From the NCBI GenBank assembly GCA_020725925.1, contig DYTN01000002.1, forward strand, positions 44,621 through 108,620: 64,000 bases of DNA, written 5' to 3'. This DNA comes from Methanobacteriota archaeon (GTDB lineage: Archaea > Thermoplasmatota > Thermoplasmata > UBA10834). Shown piece by piece: positions 52,760 through 62,440 of this stretch; the first letter of the stretch is position 1; every line of letters begins with the position of its first letter. The notes beneath the pieces were generated by a model. The model saw only the letters and a program-made list of their open reading frames with translations, made no database searches and was not told the origin of the DNA. Made by a program: the position numbers and the translations under genes.

Positions 52760-53551
52760 TCATATCTGGACATGGAGAAGGAACTTGGCCACGGCCGGGA
52801 GCACCAGCAGCGCCACAAGGACAGTCAGCGCGACATAGTCCGCCGGGCGCATCGAAAGCTCGCGCAAGTACGTTCTGTCGGCCCTCGCGCCGTAGGCCCT
52901 CGATTGCAGCGCGAGGGAGAGAGTGTCGGCAGTGCGGAGAGCGGACACGATGGTGGGGACGAGGACTGCCACGTAGTTCTTCGACCGCCTGACCAGACCG
53001 CCCTTGCTCAGCTCGAGGCCCCGTGCGCGCTGGGCGTCCTTGATGGATTCTATGAGGACGCCGAACGTCGGCAGAAACCGCAGGGAGATCGCGAGTGTCA
53101 GACCATAGTCGAACCTGAGCCCCAGCTTCACGAGTGCTCGGACGAGATCGCGCTGCGACGTCGTGAACATGAGTATGTACCACACCGTGGCGAGGCAGCC
53201 GACGCGCACGGCTGAGGTGACGCCGCGCCAGATCGCTGGCTCAGTGATCTTCACTGGCCCGAGCTCCGCCAAGACCGGAGTGCCCGACGGGTCGAACAGC
53301 GGCCACAGGACCACTATCAGCACCATGAACCGGACGACGAACTTGAGGGCGAAGAGGGTCCTCGAGAGGGTCGCCCTCGCAAGGAACAGCAGCAGGAAGA
53401 TGAAGCCCAGCAGCAGAAGGAGCGAGTCCAGATTGGAGAGGATGAACGCCAGGACGCTAAGCAGCAGCACCGCTATGATCTTGACCCTGGGATCGAGCCT
53501 GTGGAGGAACGTGTCGGCCGGTGTGAAGAGATCCACGAAACCGCCCGTCAT
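52760..53551 (-). CDS. ecfT: ECF transporter T component
   Basis: LHRLDPRVK, LRFLP, AQRARG, LQSRAY. Confidence 0.92.
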   Translation of the reverse strand: MTGGFVDLFTPADTFLHRLDPRVKIIAVLLLSVLAFILSNLDSLLLLLGFIFLLLFLARATLSRTLFALKFVVRFMVLIVVLWPLFDPSGTPVLAELGPVKITEPAIWRGVTSAVRVGCLATVWYILMFTTSQRDLVRALVKLGLRFDYGLTLAISLRFLPTFGVLIESIKDAQRARGLELSKGGLVRRSKNYVAVLVPTIVSALRTADTLSLALQSRAYGARADRTYLRELSMRPADYVALTVLVALLVLPAVAKFLLHVQI

Positions 53552-54405
53552 TTGATCCCCCCTGCCCTCAGAACTTGGAACACCAGCTCCTGTGGCGATA
53601 TGATGTCCTTCGGAATCCCTCTCTCGACGAGCCTGTGGGCCAGCTGCGTCACTGCGGGCGGCTGCAGGTTGCTCTGGCGCAACAGGTCCAGGTCGGAGAA
53701 GGCGCCCCTGGGGTCGGAGTCGAGGAGCACCCTTCCTTGGGAGAGCACAATCACGCGCTTCGCGTGGTCGGCGACCAGCCTCATGTCATGAGTGATGAGT
53801 ATGATGGTCTTGCCCTCGTCGTTGAGCACCTTGAGCTTGGCCATGAGCTCCTCGGTCTCCTCGTTGTCGAGGCCCGTGCTGGGCTCGTCGAGTATCAGCA
53901 CCTCGGGGTTCATGGCAATCACTGAGGCAATCGACACCCTCCGCCTCTCGCCGAGTCTGAGCGAAAGCGGCGCAACGGCCCTCAGCTTGCCGAGGGCCAT
54001 TGCCTCGACGGCGCGATCGACGTTCTTCCTGACCTCGTCCTCGGGATAGCCGAGGTTCTGAGGCCCGAACCTGATCTCCTCCTCCACCGATGAGCAGAAC
54101 AGCTGGTGGTCTGGGTTCTGGAAGGCGTACCCCACAGTCTTGGCCAGCTCAGCGACGGTCATCTGGGACGCGTCCCTCTCCTCGATGAGCACCTGCCCGC
54201 TCGTCGGCCTCAGCAGGCCGTTGAGAGTTTTGGCAAGCGTGGTCTTCCCCGAGCCGTTCCCTCCGACGATTGCGGCGTACTCGCCGCGCTTGAAGTCCAA
54301 AGATACTTCCACCAGCGCGGTCACGCCGCCCTCGTAGACGTACTTCAGGTTTCGGATGGTGATGACCTTCCCCTCGTGCAGGGGCGAGACGATGCTGGGG
54401 ATCAC
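53548..54405 (-). CDS. ecfA2: ECF transporter ATPase
   Basis: GGNGSGKT, FQNPDHQL, LILDEP. Confidence 0.9.
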   Translation of the reverse strand: MIPSIVSPLHEGKVITIRNLKYVYEGGVTALVEVSLDFKRGEYAAIVGGNGSGKTTLAKTLNGLLRPTSGQVLIEERDASQMTVAELAKTVGYAFQNPDHQLFCSSVEEEIRFGPQNLGYPEDEVRKNVDRAVEAMALGKLRAVAPLSLRLGERRRVSIASVIAMNPEVLILDEPSTGLDNEETEELMAKLKVLNDEGKTIILITHDMRLVADHAKRVIVLSQGRVLLDSDPRGAFSDLDLLRQSNLQPPAVTQLAHRLVERGIPKDIISPQELVFQVLRAGGIK

Positions 54406-55271
54406 CTCCGACCCCTCCCGACTTTCGAGAACACATTTCCGGCAATGGCGGCTTCGGCTTCGTCAACCGTGAGGAAGGAGAACTCTGAGGTCATCAGTCT
54501 GGTGTTGAGCAGATCCGCGACCTCGGAGACCTGCGGCGGACTGATGCCCAGCGTGCGAAGCCGTTCGGACTTGCGAAGTATCAGCCTTGGAGGACCCGCC
54601 TCCAGGACCCTTCCGGCCTTCATCAGGACGAGCCTGTCGGAGAACGCCGCTGCCTCCTCTGCGTCCCTCTCGGCCAGTACTACCGTCATGCCATGGCGCT
54701 CCTTGAGGTCCTCGAGGACCGAGTAGAGCTCCATACGGCCGACTGGATCAAGGGCGTATGCGGGCTCGTCCAGGACGAGGATTTGAGGGCGCATGGAGAG
54801 CGCAGCGGCGATGGCGACGCGCTGTTTCTGCCCGCCCGACAGGCTGAAGGGAGAGCGGTCGTTGTATCCCTTCATGCCCACGAGCTCTAGCGCCCACTCG
54901 ACTCTGTCCCGCAACTCCTCCCTGGGCACCGCGAGGTTCTCCGGCCCGAACGCGACCTCCTCCTCGACGCTCATGCAGAACAGTTGGCTCTCTGGCTCCT
55001 GAAAGACCATCCCCACGATCGTCGACAGCTCAGCCACTGAGTGCTCGACGACGTCGTACCCGAACACGCTCACCTTTCCCTGGAGCTCCCCCGGGAGCGC
55101 GTGCGGTATGAGGCCGTTCGCGAGCATGCAGAGGGTCGACTTGCCCGAGCCATTCGCCCCCAGGAGGGTGACGAACTCGCCCTTCTCGACCTCCAGGGAC
55201 ACCTTCTCCAGAGCCCATTCCTTGGAGCCCAGGTGCTTGAAACTGACATCCCTCAGGTCGAGCGCGCGCAT
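54402..55271 (-). CDS. ecfA1: ECF transporter ATPase
   Basis: GANGSGKS, FQEPESQL, LSGGQ, VLDEP. Confidence 0.9.
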   Translation of the reverse strand: MRALDLRDVSFKHLGSKEWALEKVSLEVEKGEFVTLLGANGSGKSTLCMLANGLIPHALPGELQGKVSVFGYDVVEHSVAELSTIVGMVFQEPESQLFCMSVEEEVAFGPENLAVPREELRDRVEWALELVGMKGYNDRSPFSLSGGQKQRVAIAAALSMRPQILVLDEPAYALDPVGRMELYSVLEDLKERHGMTVVLAERDAEEAAAFSDRLVLMKAGRVLEAGPPRLILRKSERLRTLGISPPQVSEVADLLNTRLMTSEFSFLTVDEAEAAIAGNVFSKVGRGRR

Positions 55272-55355
55272 GGACGGCCTCTTGAATGGCGCTCAATCGG
55301 GAGGTTCTGTATTAAACCTTTGTAACCTTAGCCAGCAGCGCGCCCGATGCGAGAA

Positions 55356-56234
55356 TCAGGCGCAGCAGTAGAACTCCTTCTTGGCCTTCCGGACCAACTT
55401 GACCTTTCCCTGCTTCATCAACGCGTCCAATGCCTGCACGAACTGCTCCTTGGGCAGCCTGACGGCGCGCACGAGGTCCCTGGAAGACAGTTCGCCGCCT
55501 AGCAGCGACTCAAGGATCCTGGCCTGAGCTTCCTGCTCGTCCTTGGCCGGGACCATCTGCAGAGTCTTCCTGACGACCGGCGCTGGGGGCGGTATCAGGC
55601 AGTAGAGTTCCGTCCCGTCCCTCAGCAGCCGCCTGGCGCTCTCGGACGATATGAGCCTGCCGAGCGAGAGGGTTATCTGGTCCTCGGAGTAGCCGGTCCT
55701 CGCCTTGAGCTCGTCTATGGTCCTGCCCTGCTCGTCCAGGAGCGCGAGTATCTCGCCATCGACCTGGTTGTCCGATGGCCTCCTGTCCTTCACCACCGAG
55801 AGCTGGTCCAGATGGGTCCTCAGGAACTCCTTGCTGGCTTCCTTGAAGTGGTCCAGGTCCCTCTCCAGAAGGACCTCGAGCTCGGCCACGTCGAGCCCCA
55901 TGTCCCTCCACCGCTCCAGCTTCGCCTTGTACACGGACTTCTTCAGCTCCGCGGGCCTCAGGTCGACATAGTGAGTGACCTCGTGCCTGGTCCTGGCGGA
56001 TGTCTCCTCGTCGGCATCCGTCCTCGTCGTGAGAGTGTACCTGACCTTCGCCCCCTTGAGCGCGTGATGGATCTCCTCGAGCTTGTCGAACAGCCGCTCG
56101 TCCTCCACGAGGCTGAGCTCGAAATCGTAGTCGCCGACCACGGGCACTGCGCCGATCCTGCGCAGGCGCTCGATGACCTGCTTGGGCGACTCCCCCTCGC
56201 TGCTGAGCTCCACTCGGATGTAAGTCTTGATCAT
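55356..56234 (-). CDS. Uncharacterised protein: small alpha/beta N-domain, WRxxG helical motif, two winged-helix domains
   Basis: ILALL..GRTIDEL..SLGRL and ILESL..LSSRDL..ALDALMKQGKV wHTH patterns. Confidence 0.65.
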   Translation of the reverse strand: MIKTYIRVELSSEGESPKQVIERLRRIGAVPVVGDYDFELSLVEDERLFDKLEEIHHALKGAKVRYTLTTRTDADEETSARTRHEVTHYVDLRPAELKKSVYKAKLERWRDMGLDVAELEVLLERDLDHFKEASKEFLRTHLDQLSVVKDRRPSDNQVDGEILALLDEQGRTIDELKARTGYSEDQITLSLGRLISSESARRLLRDGTELYCLIPPPAPVVRKTLQMVPAKDEQEAQARILESLLGGELSSRDLVRAVRLPKEQFVQALDALMKQGKVKLVRKAKKEFYCCA

Positions 56235-56358
56235 CCTTCCGACCTGTCTGGAGCAGTTGATGGGGGTGGGGGGTTTTTATGGTTTCTGAATTGATGCTAC
56301 TAGCAGCTGTCAGGCAGATAACAGCTTAATATACAGGTCAAGGCACTGACTCGCTGAC

Positions 56359-57588
56359 ATGCCCTTGGACGAGTCGACCAGGTTTGTCATGAGGATGTTC
56401 TCGAAGCACTACAGGGAGGCGCCGCTCCATATGCCGGACCGGTTCTCCAAGCGCGAGTTCGGGTTCATGTTCTTCGACAGGCAGGGCATGGTCAGGCACG
56501 TCGGGTTCCCCCAGAGAGCGCAGCTGAAGAACTACCTCGTCGAGCAGGTGCCCGCGCATGTGTACTACTCATGTGCGTACTACGAAAAGCCAGATGCGCA
56601 GACGATGGCCGAGAAGAGCTGGCAGGGCGCGGATCTGATCTTCGATCTTGATGCGGATCACGTGGAAGGAGCCCAGGACCTTCCATACGCAAAGATGCTG
56701 GTGAGGGTGAAGGAGGAGGTCATCAGGCTCATCGACGAGTTCCTCCTGGGAGACCTCGGGTTCGACCAGGATGACCTCAGGATCGTCTTCTCCGGAGGCA
56801 GGGGATACCATGTGCACATCAGCGACCCCAAGGTGCTCAAGTTGAGCAGCCACGAGCGACGAGAGATCGTCGACTACATCACTGGCACGGACCTCGACAT
56901 AGACTGGGTGTTCCCATCGACAACCTTCGAGATCGGCAGGTTCAAGGACAGGGTGGACGCGGATAGGAAGCGCGCGATGCCCCTGGCATCGGAAGGTGGC
57001 TGGAGGGCGAGGATGAGGAAGGGAATAGACTCGCTCCTCGAGGAGCTGGAGAGGCTCACAAACACGGAGGCAACGATGCGCCTGGCCGAGATGTTCAAGG
57101 ACTCCAAGCGCGAGATAGGCAAGAAGACAATCGAGGGGTTGTACAAGGACCTCTTCGGAGGCAGAAAAGGAAGACGCGGAGTGGACAGGATGAGGGACGA
57201 GAACACCTTCGAGGTGTTCTCCGAGAAGAGACACGCTGATGCCTTCATGGACCTGGTGGACATGCGCGTGAGGGTCAAGATGAAGGGGGAAACGGACGAG
57301 CCCGTCACCTCGGACATCAAGAGGCTCATCAGGCTTCCGAGCTCCCTTCACGGCAAGACGGGGTTCGAGGTCGTGCCACTCGACAGGGACAGGTTGGACG
57401 AGTTCGACCCGTTCAGAGACGCTGTGCCCGAAACACTCGGGGATGAGGCCGTCGAGATCGTGCTCGAGAATCCCGTGCAGCTGGATCTACGGGATGAGCG
57501 GTTCGACCTCGGGCCCGGCAAGGCCGAGGTTCCAACGTTCGCCGCGGTCCACCTCATCTGCAGGAAGCAGGCGAGGATCGGACCGTGA
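56359..57588 (+). CDS. priS: DNA primase catalytic subunit
   Basis: KREFGF, YYSCAYY, DLIFDLDADH, FSGGRGYHVH, DIKRLIRLPSSLHGKTG. Confidence 0.96.
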   Translation: MPLDESTRFVMRMFSKHYREAPLHMPDRFSKREFGFMFFDRQGMVRHVGFPQRAQLKNYLVEQVPAHVYYSCAYYEKPDAQTMAEKSWQGADLIFDLDADHVEGAQDLPYAKMLVRVKEEVIRLIDEFLLGDLGFDQDDLRIVFSGGRGYHVHISDPKVLKLSSHERREIVDYITGTDLDIDWVFPSTTFEIGRFKDRVDADRKRAMPLASEGGWRARMRKGIDSLLEELERLTNTEATMRLAEMFKDSKREIGKKTIEGLYKDLFGGRKGRRGVDRMRDENTFEVFSEKRHADAFMDLVDMRVRVKMKGETDEPVTSDIKRLIRLPSSLHGKTGFEVVPLDRDRLDEFDPFRDAVPETLGDEAVEIVLENPVQLDLRDERFDLGPGKAEVPTFAAVHLICRKQARIGP

Positions 57589-57682
57589 GCTGGGTCCTGG
57601 CCCGCGATTGCCCAGCTTGTCGTCCACCTTGAGATTCCAGCGCGCAAAACTATTTATCAAGTACCACTCATTTAAACACGCG

Positions 57683-58522
57683 ATGCCGACATCAGGCAAG
57701 GTCCTCGAAGACTCCATCCGTCTGAGCAGGATCAGGAAGATCAAGCTCACGCTCTACCTCGTCCAGGCGGTGATGCTGGTGGTCCTCGCCATCGTGGTGG
57801 TGTTCGTCGTCGGTGGGGCGCAGCTCCAGCCCGTCCTGTTCATGCCTTTCGACTCGTTCCTAGCGGTCGTGGTGCTTCTCCTGCTGATCATATGCCTCGA
57901 GAGCTTCTTCTTCCGGATACTCGAGATCAGGTTCGCCAGGAGCTCGAGCGCGAGACATCTGATGGCCAAGAACTCGATGAAACGGGCTCTGCTGATCGCA
58001 ATCGTCACAGGCGTCCTGGCGGCCGTGCTAGCAGTCCCTGCAATCAGGGGTGCGCTCGAGGGAACGGGCAGCAGCTCGACAGACATCACCGCGAGCAATG
58101 TTCCACCATCCTTCTGGGCATCAGACCCACTCGCCCTCATGAGCGCAAAAGAGGTGGTGGTCTCCTCAACGAGGACGGTCCAGATCTACCTGCTCGACGA
58201 CGAAGTGTTCGACATGTACTGGGGCACGGAGAACGCGATGAACGCCCTGTACTCCTTCAGGCTCAACAAGGACAACTACATCGTGGAGGACCAGCTGGTA
58301 ATCGATGTGCCCGACCAGGGCTATGTGAAGTACCACGTCGTCCTCAACGACATGGACAACCCGACCACGTCCGCGACGGTGGAGGTGGTCAGGGAGATGT
58401 CCGGGACCTTCACGGGCATCGTCTCCCTCCTACTGATTTCGTTCGTGGCGGCGAACGTGGCGTGGTTCGCGTACCTGATCCCGATCGAGCGCAAGTACTC
58501 CGCGGGATCGATCTACAAGTGA
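57683..58522 (+). CDS. Membrane protein with an extracytoplasmic domain, unknown function
   Basis: Three N-terminal TMs, soluble domain, C-terminal TM; TATA-like TTTATCAA upstream. Confidence 0.7.
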   Translation: MPTSGKVLEDSIRLSRIRKIKLTLYLVQAVMLVVLAIVVVFVVGGAQLQPVLFMPFDSFLAVVVLLLLIICLESFFFRILEIRFARSSSARHLMAKNSMKRALLIAIVTGVLAAVLAVPAIRGALEGTGSSSTDITASNVPPSFWASDPLALMSAKEVVVSSTRTVQIYLLDDEVFDMYWGTENAMNALYSFRLNKDNYIVEDQLVIDVPDQGYVKYHVVLNDMDNPTTSATVEVVREMSGTFTGIVSLLLISFVAANVAWFAYLIPIERKYSAGSIYK

Positions 58523-59368
58523 TCAGACGAGCGAGCAGCACACGGACCTCTTCTTCACCGAGTACCCTGCATCCTTGAGCCTGTCCACGGTTGCGCTCGC
58601 CGGGAGCACGATGCCGTCCAGGCCGGCGGTGACGAGGTCGAATTCGGGGCTCCTGTCGAGCTTCGAGCGCATGCAGCCTAGCAGCAATCTCGCGGCCGGC
58701 AGTTCCTCCCTCGCCTTCTTCACGACTGAAATCATCGATCCAGCGTCAGGAGCGGCGACGGACTGGAACTCGGTCCCCTTCGTGGGGATGAGGGATATCA
58801 GGATGAGAGCCCGAGTCTCCAGCTTCCGCAGGCTCTCGACGGCCGCGAACTCGCCCTTCAGCTTCCCAGCGTGGACGCCGACGCATATGTGCGGCGCCAC
58901 GATGTCGGCTCCCGCCTCCATCAGCCGCTTCACCACGCCGAGGTAGTCTTCAGTCGTCGCGTTCAAGCCGAGCACTTCCCTGATCGTCTCGTCGGAGCCG
59001 TACACGTCGACGGAGAAGGAGTCGATGCCGCTCTTGACCAGACGCTCGATCTCGTCCTTCGTCGCGAGCCCGATGTGCGCGTTGATCCTCAGATCTGTAG
59101 TGCTCTTGATTTCGCTGATGGCGTCAGCGAAACCAGCCATCCGGACCCTGCCTGTGCTGTCCGCGCCACCGCTGAGAAGGAATCCGCTTGCGCCCCTCTC
59201 AGCCAGCGCTTCTGCTACCTCCAGAAGGTCGCCGGGCGTCGTGGCGGGGATCATGCCCTCGAGGTACTTCCTCGAGCAGTGCTTGCAGTTGAGGGCGCAT
59301 GACGCACCCGTGATGGAGATCGCGGGGAATCCCTTCCCCGGGTAGAAGCATTCGACCGTCCTAGCCAC
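58523..59368 (-). CDS. Radical SAM protein (biotin synthase-related archaeal family)
   Basis: CALNCKHC, LLSGG, PHICVG, LGCMR. Confidence 0.88.
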   Translation of the reverse strand: MARTVECFYPGKGFPAISITGASCALNCKHCSRKYLEGMIPATTPGDLLEVAEALAERGASGFLLSGGADSTGRVRMAGFADAISEIKSTTDLRINAHIGLATKDEIERLVKSGIDSFSVDVYGSDETIREVLGLNATTEDYLGVVKRLMEAGADIVAPHICVGVHAGKLKGEFAAVESLRKLETRALILISLIPTKGTEFQSVAAPDAGSMISVVKKAREELPAARLLLGCMRSKLDRSPEFDLVTAGLDGIVLPASATVDRLKDAGYSVKKRSVCCSLV

Positions 59369-59483
59369 AGACCGTTCTCATTGTGACCGTCGGTTAAGAA
59401 CCTTGTGCATCGCATTTATCGTCTGCCAGGGCACCAGGCAAAAGCTTTATCTCAAGTACCCACTTAGGGCGGTGCTGGTCAGG

Positions 59484-59717
59484 ATGAAAGCTTTCGAAGT
59501 CAGCGGACAGCTCATGACATCTCACAGGCGTTGGACGCCTTTCGCCATCGAGGTTGCCGCGGCGGACGAAAGCGCTGCCCGCGAGAAGACCTTGGCCCTC
59601 ATGGGGTCGAGGCACAAGGTCAAGCGGAAGTTCGTGCAGATAGAGGGCATCAAATCGCTGCGGCCCGAGGAGATCACGGACCACTTGGTCAAGCACCTGG
59701 TGGAGGCGAAGAAGTGA
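59484..59717 (+). CDS. rplX: 50S ribosomal protein L18Ae/LX
   Basis: MKAFEVSG..AREKTLALMGSRHKVKR; conserved synteny with pfdA-ftsY. Confidence 0.92.
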   Translation: MKAFEVSGQLMTSHRRWTPFAIEVAAADESAAREKTLALMGSRHKVKRKFVQIEGIKSLRPEEITDHLVKHLVEAKK

Positions 59718-60160
59718 GCCCGCAGGATTCGCCCGTCGAGCAGCAGCTGAGGGACAACTACGTGCTGCTCGAGACCGCGAAGGCGCAGCTGGACGGGCTG
59801 GTCAAGCAACAGCAGCTCATCCAGATGGCCGTCGAGGAGCACGTCCGCGCGAGAGAGACCATAAAGCGGATGGCTGCGAGCGCGCAGGGGGACGAGATCC
59901 TCGTCCCGGTCGGCGCGGACTCATACGTCCACGCCAAGGTCTCCGACAACAAGGATGCCGCAGTGGGCGTGGGTTCGGGCGTGGCGATCCGCAAGGCGCC
60001 TGATGAAGCTGAGAAGAGCCTGGACCTGAAGATAGACGAGCTGTCGCGGGCGTTCAAGGCGGTCACCGACAAGGCGGCTCAGACAGAGGCGCTCATCGGC
60101 GAGTTGACGGAGAAGGTCCAGACGCAGTACGACCAGCTACAGTCCGATGGCAAGGCTTGA
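59714..60160 (+). CDS. pfdA: Prefoldin subunit alpha
   Basis: Coiled coils flanking EILVPVGADSYV..VGVGSGV. Confidence 0.92.
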   Translation: MSPQDSPVEQQLRDNYVLLETAKAQLDGLVKQQQLIQMAVEEHVRARETIKRMAASAQGDEILVPVGADSYVHAKVSDNKDAAVGVGSGVAIRKAPDEAEKSLDLKIDELSRAFKAVTDKAAQTEALIGELTEKVQTQYDQLQSDGKA

Positions 60161-60169
60161 GGGCTGGCC

Positions 60170-61135
60170 ATGTTCAAGGCGCTCAGGGAGAAGTTTTCGA
60201 GGGTCTCCAAGGAGGCGCAGGAGAAGTCCATCGAGGACATCTCCGAGGTTGTTGACGATTCTGGGAGACGGCTCAAGGAGGGCGTCCTCGACGACCTGCT
60301 CCACGAGCTCGAGCTCGGGCTACTGGAGGCCGACGTCGCGCTCCCCGTGGCTGAGGATCTCACCAAACACGTGAAGACGGAACTCTTCGGCAGACGGATT
60401 GACAAGGCGTTCGACATCGACGAGGCGGTGAGGCTGGCCCTCAAGGCTGCAGTCAAGGAGGTGCTGACGCAGCAGTCCCTTTCGCTCAACGACCGGATCA
60501 AGGCCAAGCCGAAGCCGTTCGTCATCATGTTCGTGGGGATCAACGGAGGCGGGAAGACCACGGCGATCGCCAAGCTCGCGCACAGGATGCAGAAGCACAA
60601 CCTGAGCTGCGTCCTCGCGGCTGGGGACACCTTCCGGGCGGGTGCGATCGAGCAGCTCACGCTCCACTCGGAGAGGCTCGGATGCAAGATCATCAAGCAC
60701 CAGGAGGGGAGCGACCCGGCAGCGGTGGCCTACGATGCCATAGAGCACGCGAAGGCCAGGAAGAAGGACATCGTACTCATTGACACGGCCGGGCGCATGC
60801 AGACCAACATCAACCTCATGGACGAGATGAAGAAGATCAAGCGCGTGGCGAAGCCCGACCTCGTGTTCTTTGTCGGGGACGCGCTCGCAGGCTCAGACGC
60901 GGTCGAGCAGGCGAGGAGGTTCGACGATGCGGTCGGGATTGACGGCGTCATCCTGACGAAGATTGACGCTGACGCGAAGGGCGGGGCCGCGCTGTCGATA
61001 GCCAGGACCATAGGCCGCCCGATCGCGTATGTCAGCATGGGCCAGGAGTACGACGAGTTCATGAGGTTCGATGCCGACTGGATGGTCGACCGGATCTTCG
61101 GCGACACGAAGGGCAGGGCGGCCCAGGACCTCTAG
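60170..61135 (+). CDS. ftsY: SRP receptor FtsY
   Basis: GINGGGKTT, DTFRAGA, DTAGR, TKID. Confidence 0.96.
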   Translation: MFKALREKFSRVSKEAQEKSIEDISEVVDDSGRRLKEGVLDDLLHELELGLLEADVALPVAEDLTKHVKTELFGRRIDKAFDIDEAVRLALKAAVKEVLTQQSLSLNDRIKAKPKPFVIMFVGINGGGKTTAIAKLAHRMQKHNLSCVLAAGDTFRAGAIEQLTLHSERLGCKIIKHQEGSDPAAVAYDAIEHAKARKKDIVLIDTAGRMQTNINLMDEMKKIKRVAKPDLVFFVGDALAGSDAVEQARRFDDAVGIDGVILTKIDADAKGGAALSIARTIGRPIAYVSMGQEYDEFMRFDADWMVDRIFGDTKGRAAQDL

Positions 61136-62370
61136 ACTCGACCGAGGTTCTTCCCAGCGAACAGGACGGCGTACACCTGAGCGTCGGACACGGGGTCTCT
61201 GATCCTCGCGTACTCGTTCGCGTCATGGGCGTTACCTGGTGCCGTGGACCACACCGCCGCATCGATGCCCATCCGCCTGAACGGGGCGGCGCATGTGCCG
61301 CCGCCTATGCCGACCGGGCGCGGCTTCACACCCTTGACGGCCATGATGGCCGCGCTCAGACGCACCACGACCTCCGAATCCACGCTGGTTTTCGGAGCGG
61401 CAACCGCCTTCTGGATGTAAGACAGCTTGATCTTCGCCCCTGTCTTCTTCTCGAGACCATCGGCGATTGCCCTCATGTCGGCCATGATGACGCGGATCTT
61501 GTGTCGGGGCAGGACCCTGAAGTCGAACGAGAAGACCTGCCTCCCGGGGATCGTGTTCACGTTCAGGCCGTTGGCCTCGCAACTTGTCGGGGCGAATGTG
61601 CTCACGGGGGGATCGAACAGCTCGTCCGTGGCCTTGTACTTCGACCGCAACCTGTCGACGACCGCAATCATGTACCGCGCGGCAACTTCGAATGCATTGA
61701 TGCCGTGCGCTGGCGTGCTGGCGTGCGTCTGCTTGCCGATGACCTCGACCTTGACCCACGCCAGGCTCTTCTCCACCACTTCTATCGCCGAACCGTCAGG
61801 ATCTCCATGGTCGGGAACGACCACCAGGTCGCCCTTTCTGAAAAGGCCCTTGCTGATGAGGAAGTCGATTCCGTGCGTGTTCCCGTGCTCTTCGTCGGCC
61901 ACGAACACGAGCCCGACGTTGAACTCAGGAGCGATGCCGCACCTGAGCAGCGCGCGCAGACCGTACAGGGACGCGATCAGCTCCTGCCCGTTGTCCTCGG
62001 CACCCCTTCCATATATCTTGCCCGAGACGACCTTCGGCTCGAAGGGCGGGTTCTTCCATGCGTCCGCATCTCCCTCGGGGACGGTGTCCATGTGGGAGAT
62101 CACCCACAGCCGCTTCTTGCCAACACCATCGAGCCTGACGATCACGTTCGGCCTCCTGCCAGTGGGCACTGAAGGGTCGTGCGATTCGAAGACTTCGATG
62201 GACTTGAATCCGAGTCGTTTCGCGAGGGCCACCAGGTATTTCCCTCTCTCTGCTTCGCCTGGGCCCTTGCTCTCTGGTCCCACGGCGACTATCCTCAGCA
62301 TGTCGCAGAGGCTCTGGACCATCTCGTCCCTGTCATCCGCGACTGCCTTCTTTAGTTCGCTTGCGTTCAT
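61132..62370 (-). CDS. M20 family metallopeptidase (DapE/ArgE-like)
   Basis: SHMDTVP, GRGAEDN, ADEE, HAS, GGGT, AHDANE. Confidence 0.9.
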   Translation of the reverse strand: MNASELKKAVADDRDEMVQSLCDMLRIVAVGPESKGPGEAERGKYLVALAKRLGFKSIEVFESHDPSVPTGRRPNVIVRLDGVGKKRLWVISHMDTVPEGDADAWKNPPFEPKVVSGKIYGRGAEDNGQELIASLYGLRALLRCGIAPEFNVGLVFVADEEHGNTHGIDFLISKGLFRKGDLVVVPDHGDPDGSAIEVVEKSLAWVKVEVIGKQTHASTPAHGINAFEVAARYMIAVVDRLRSKYKATDELFDPPVSTFAPTSCEANGLNVNTIPGRQVFSFDFRVLPRHKIRVIMADMRAIADGLEKKTGAKIKLSYIQKAVAAPKTSVDSEVVVRLSAAIMAVKGVKPRPVGIGGGTCAAPFRRMGIDAAVWSTAPGNAHDANEYARIRDPVSDAQVYAVLFAGKNLGRV

Positions 62371-62440
62371 GTTCTCAGGCCCCGAATGAGGCGGACGAGA
62401 GTATCCACTCCTCAGATAAGTGATTTTTAAGCGGACGCCC

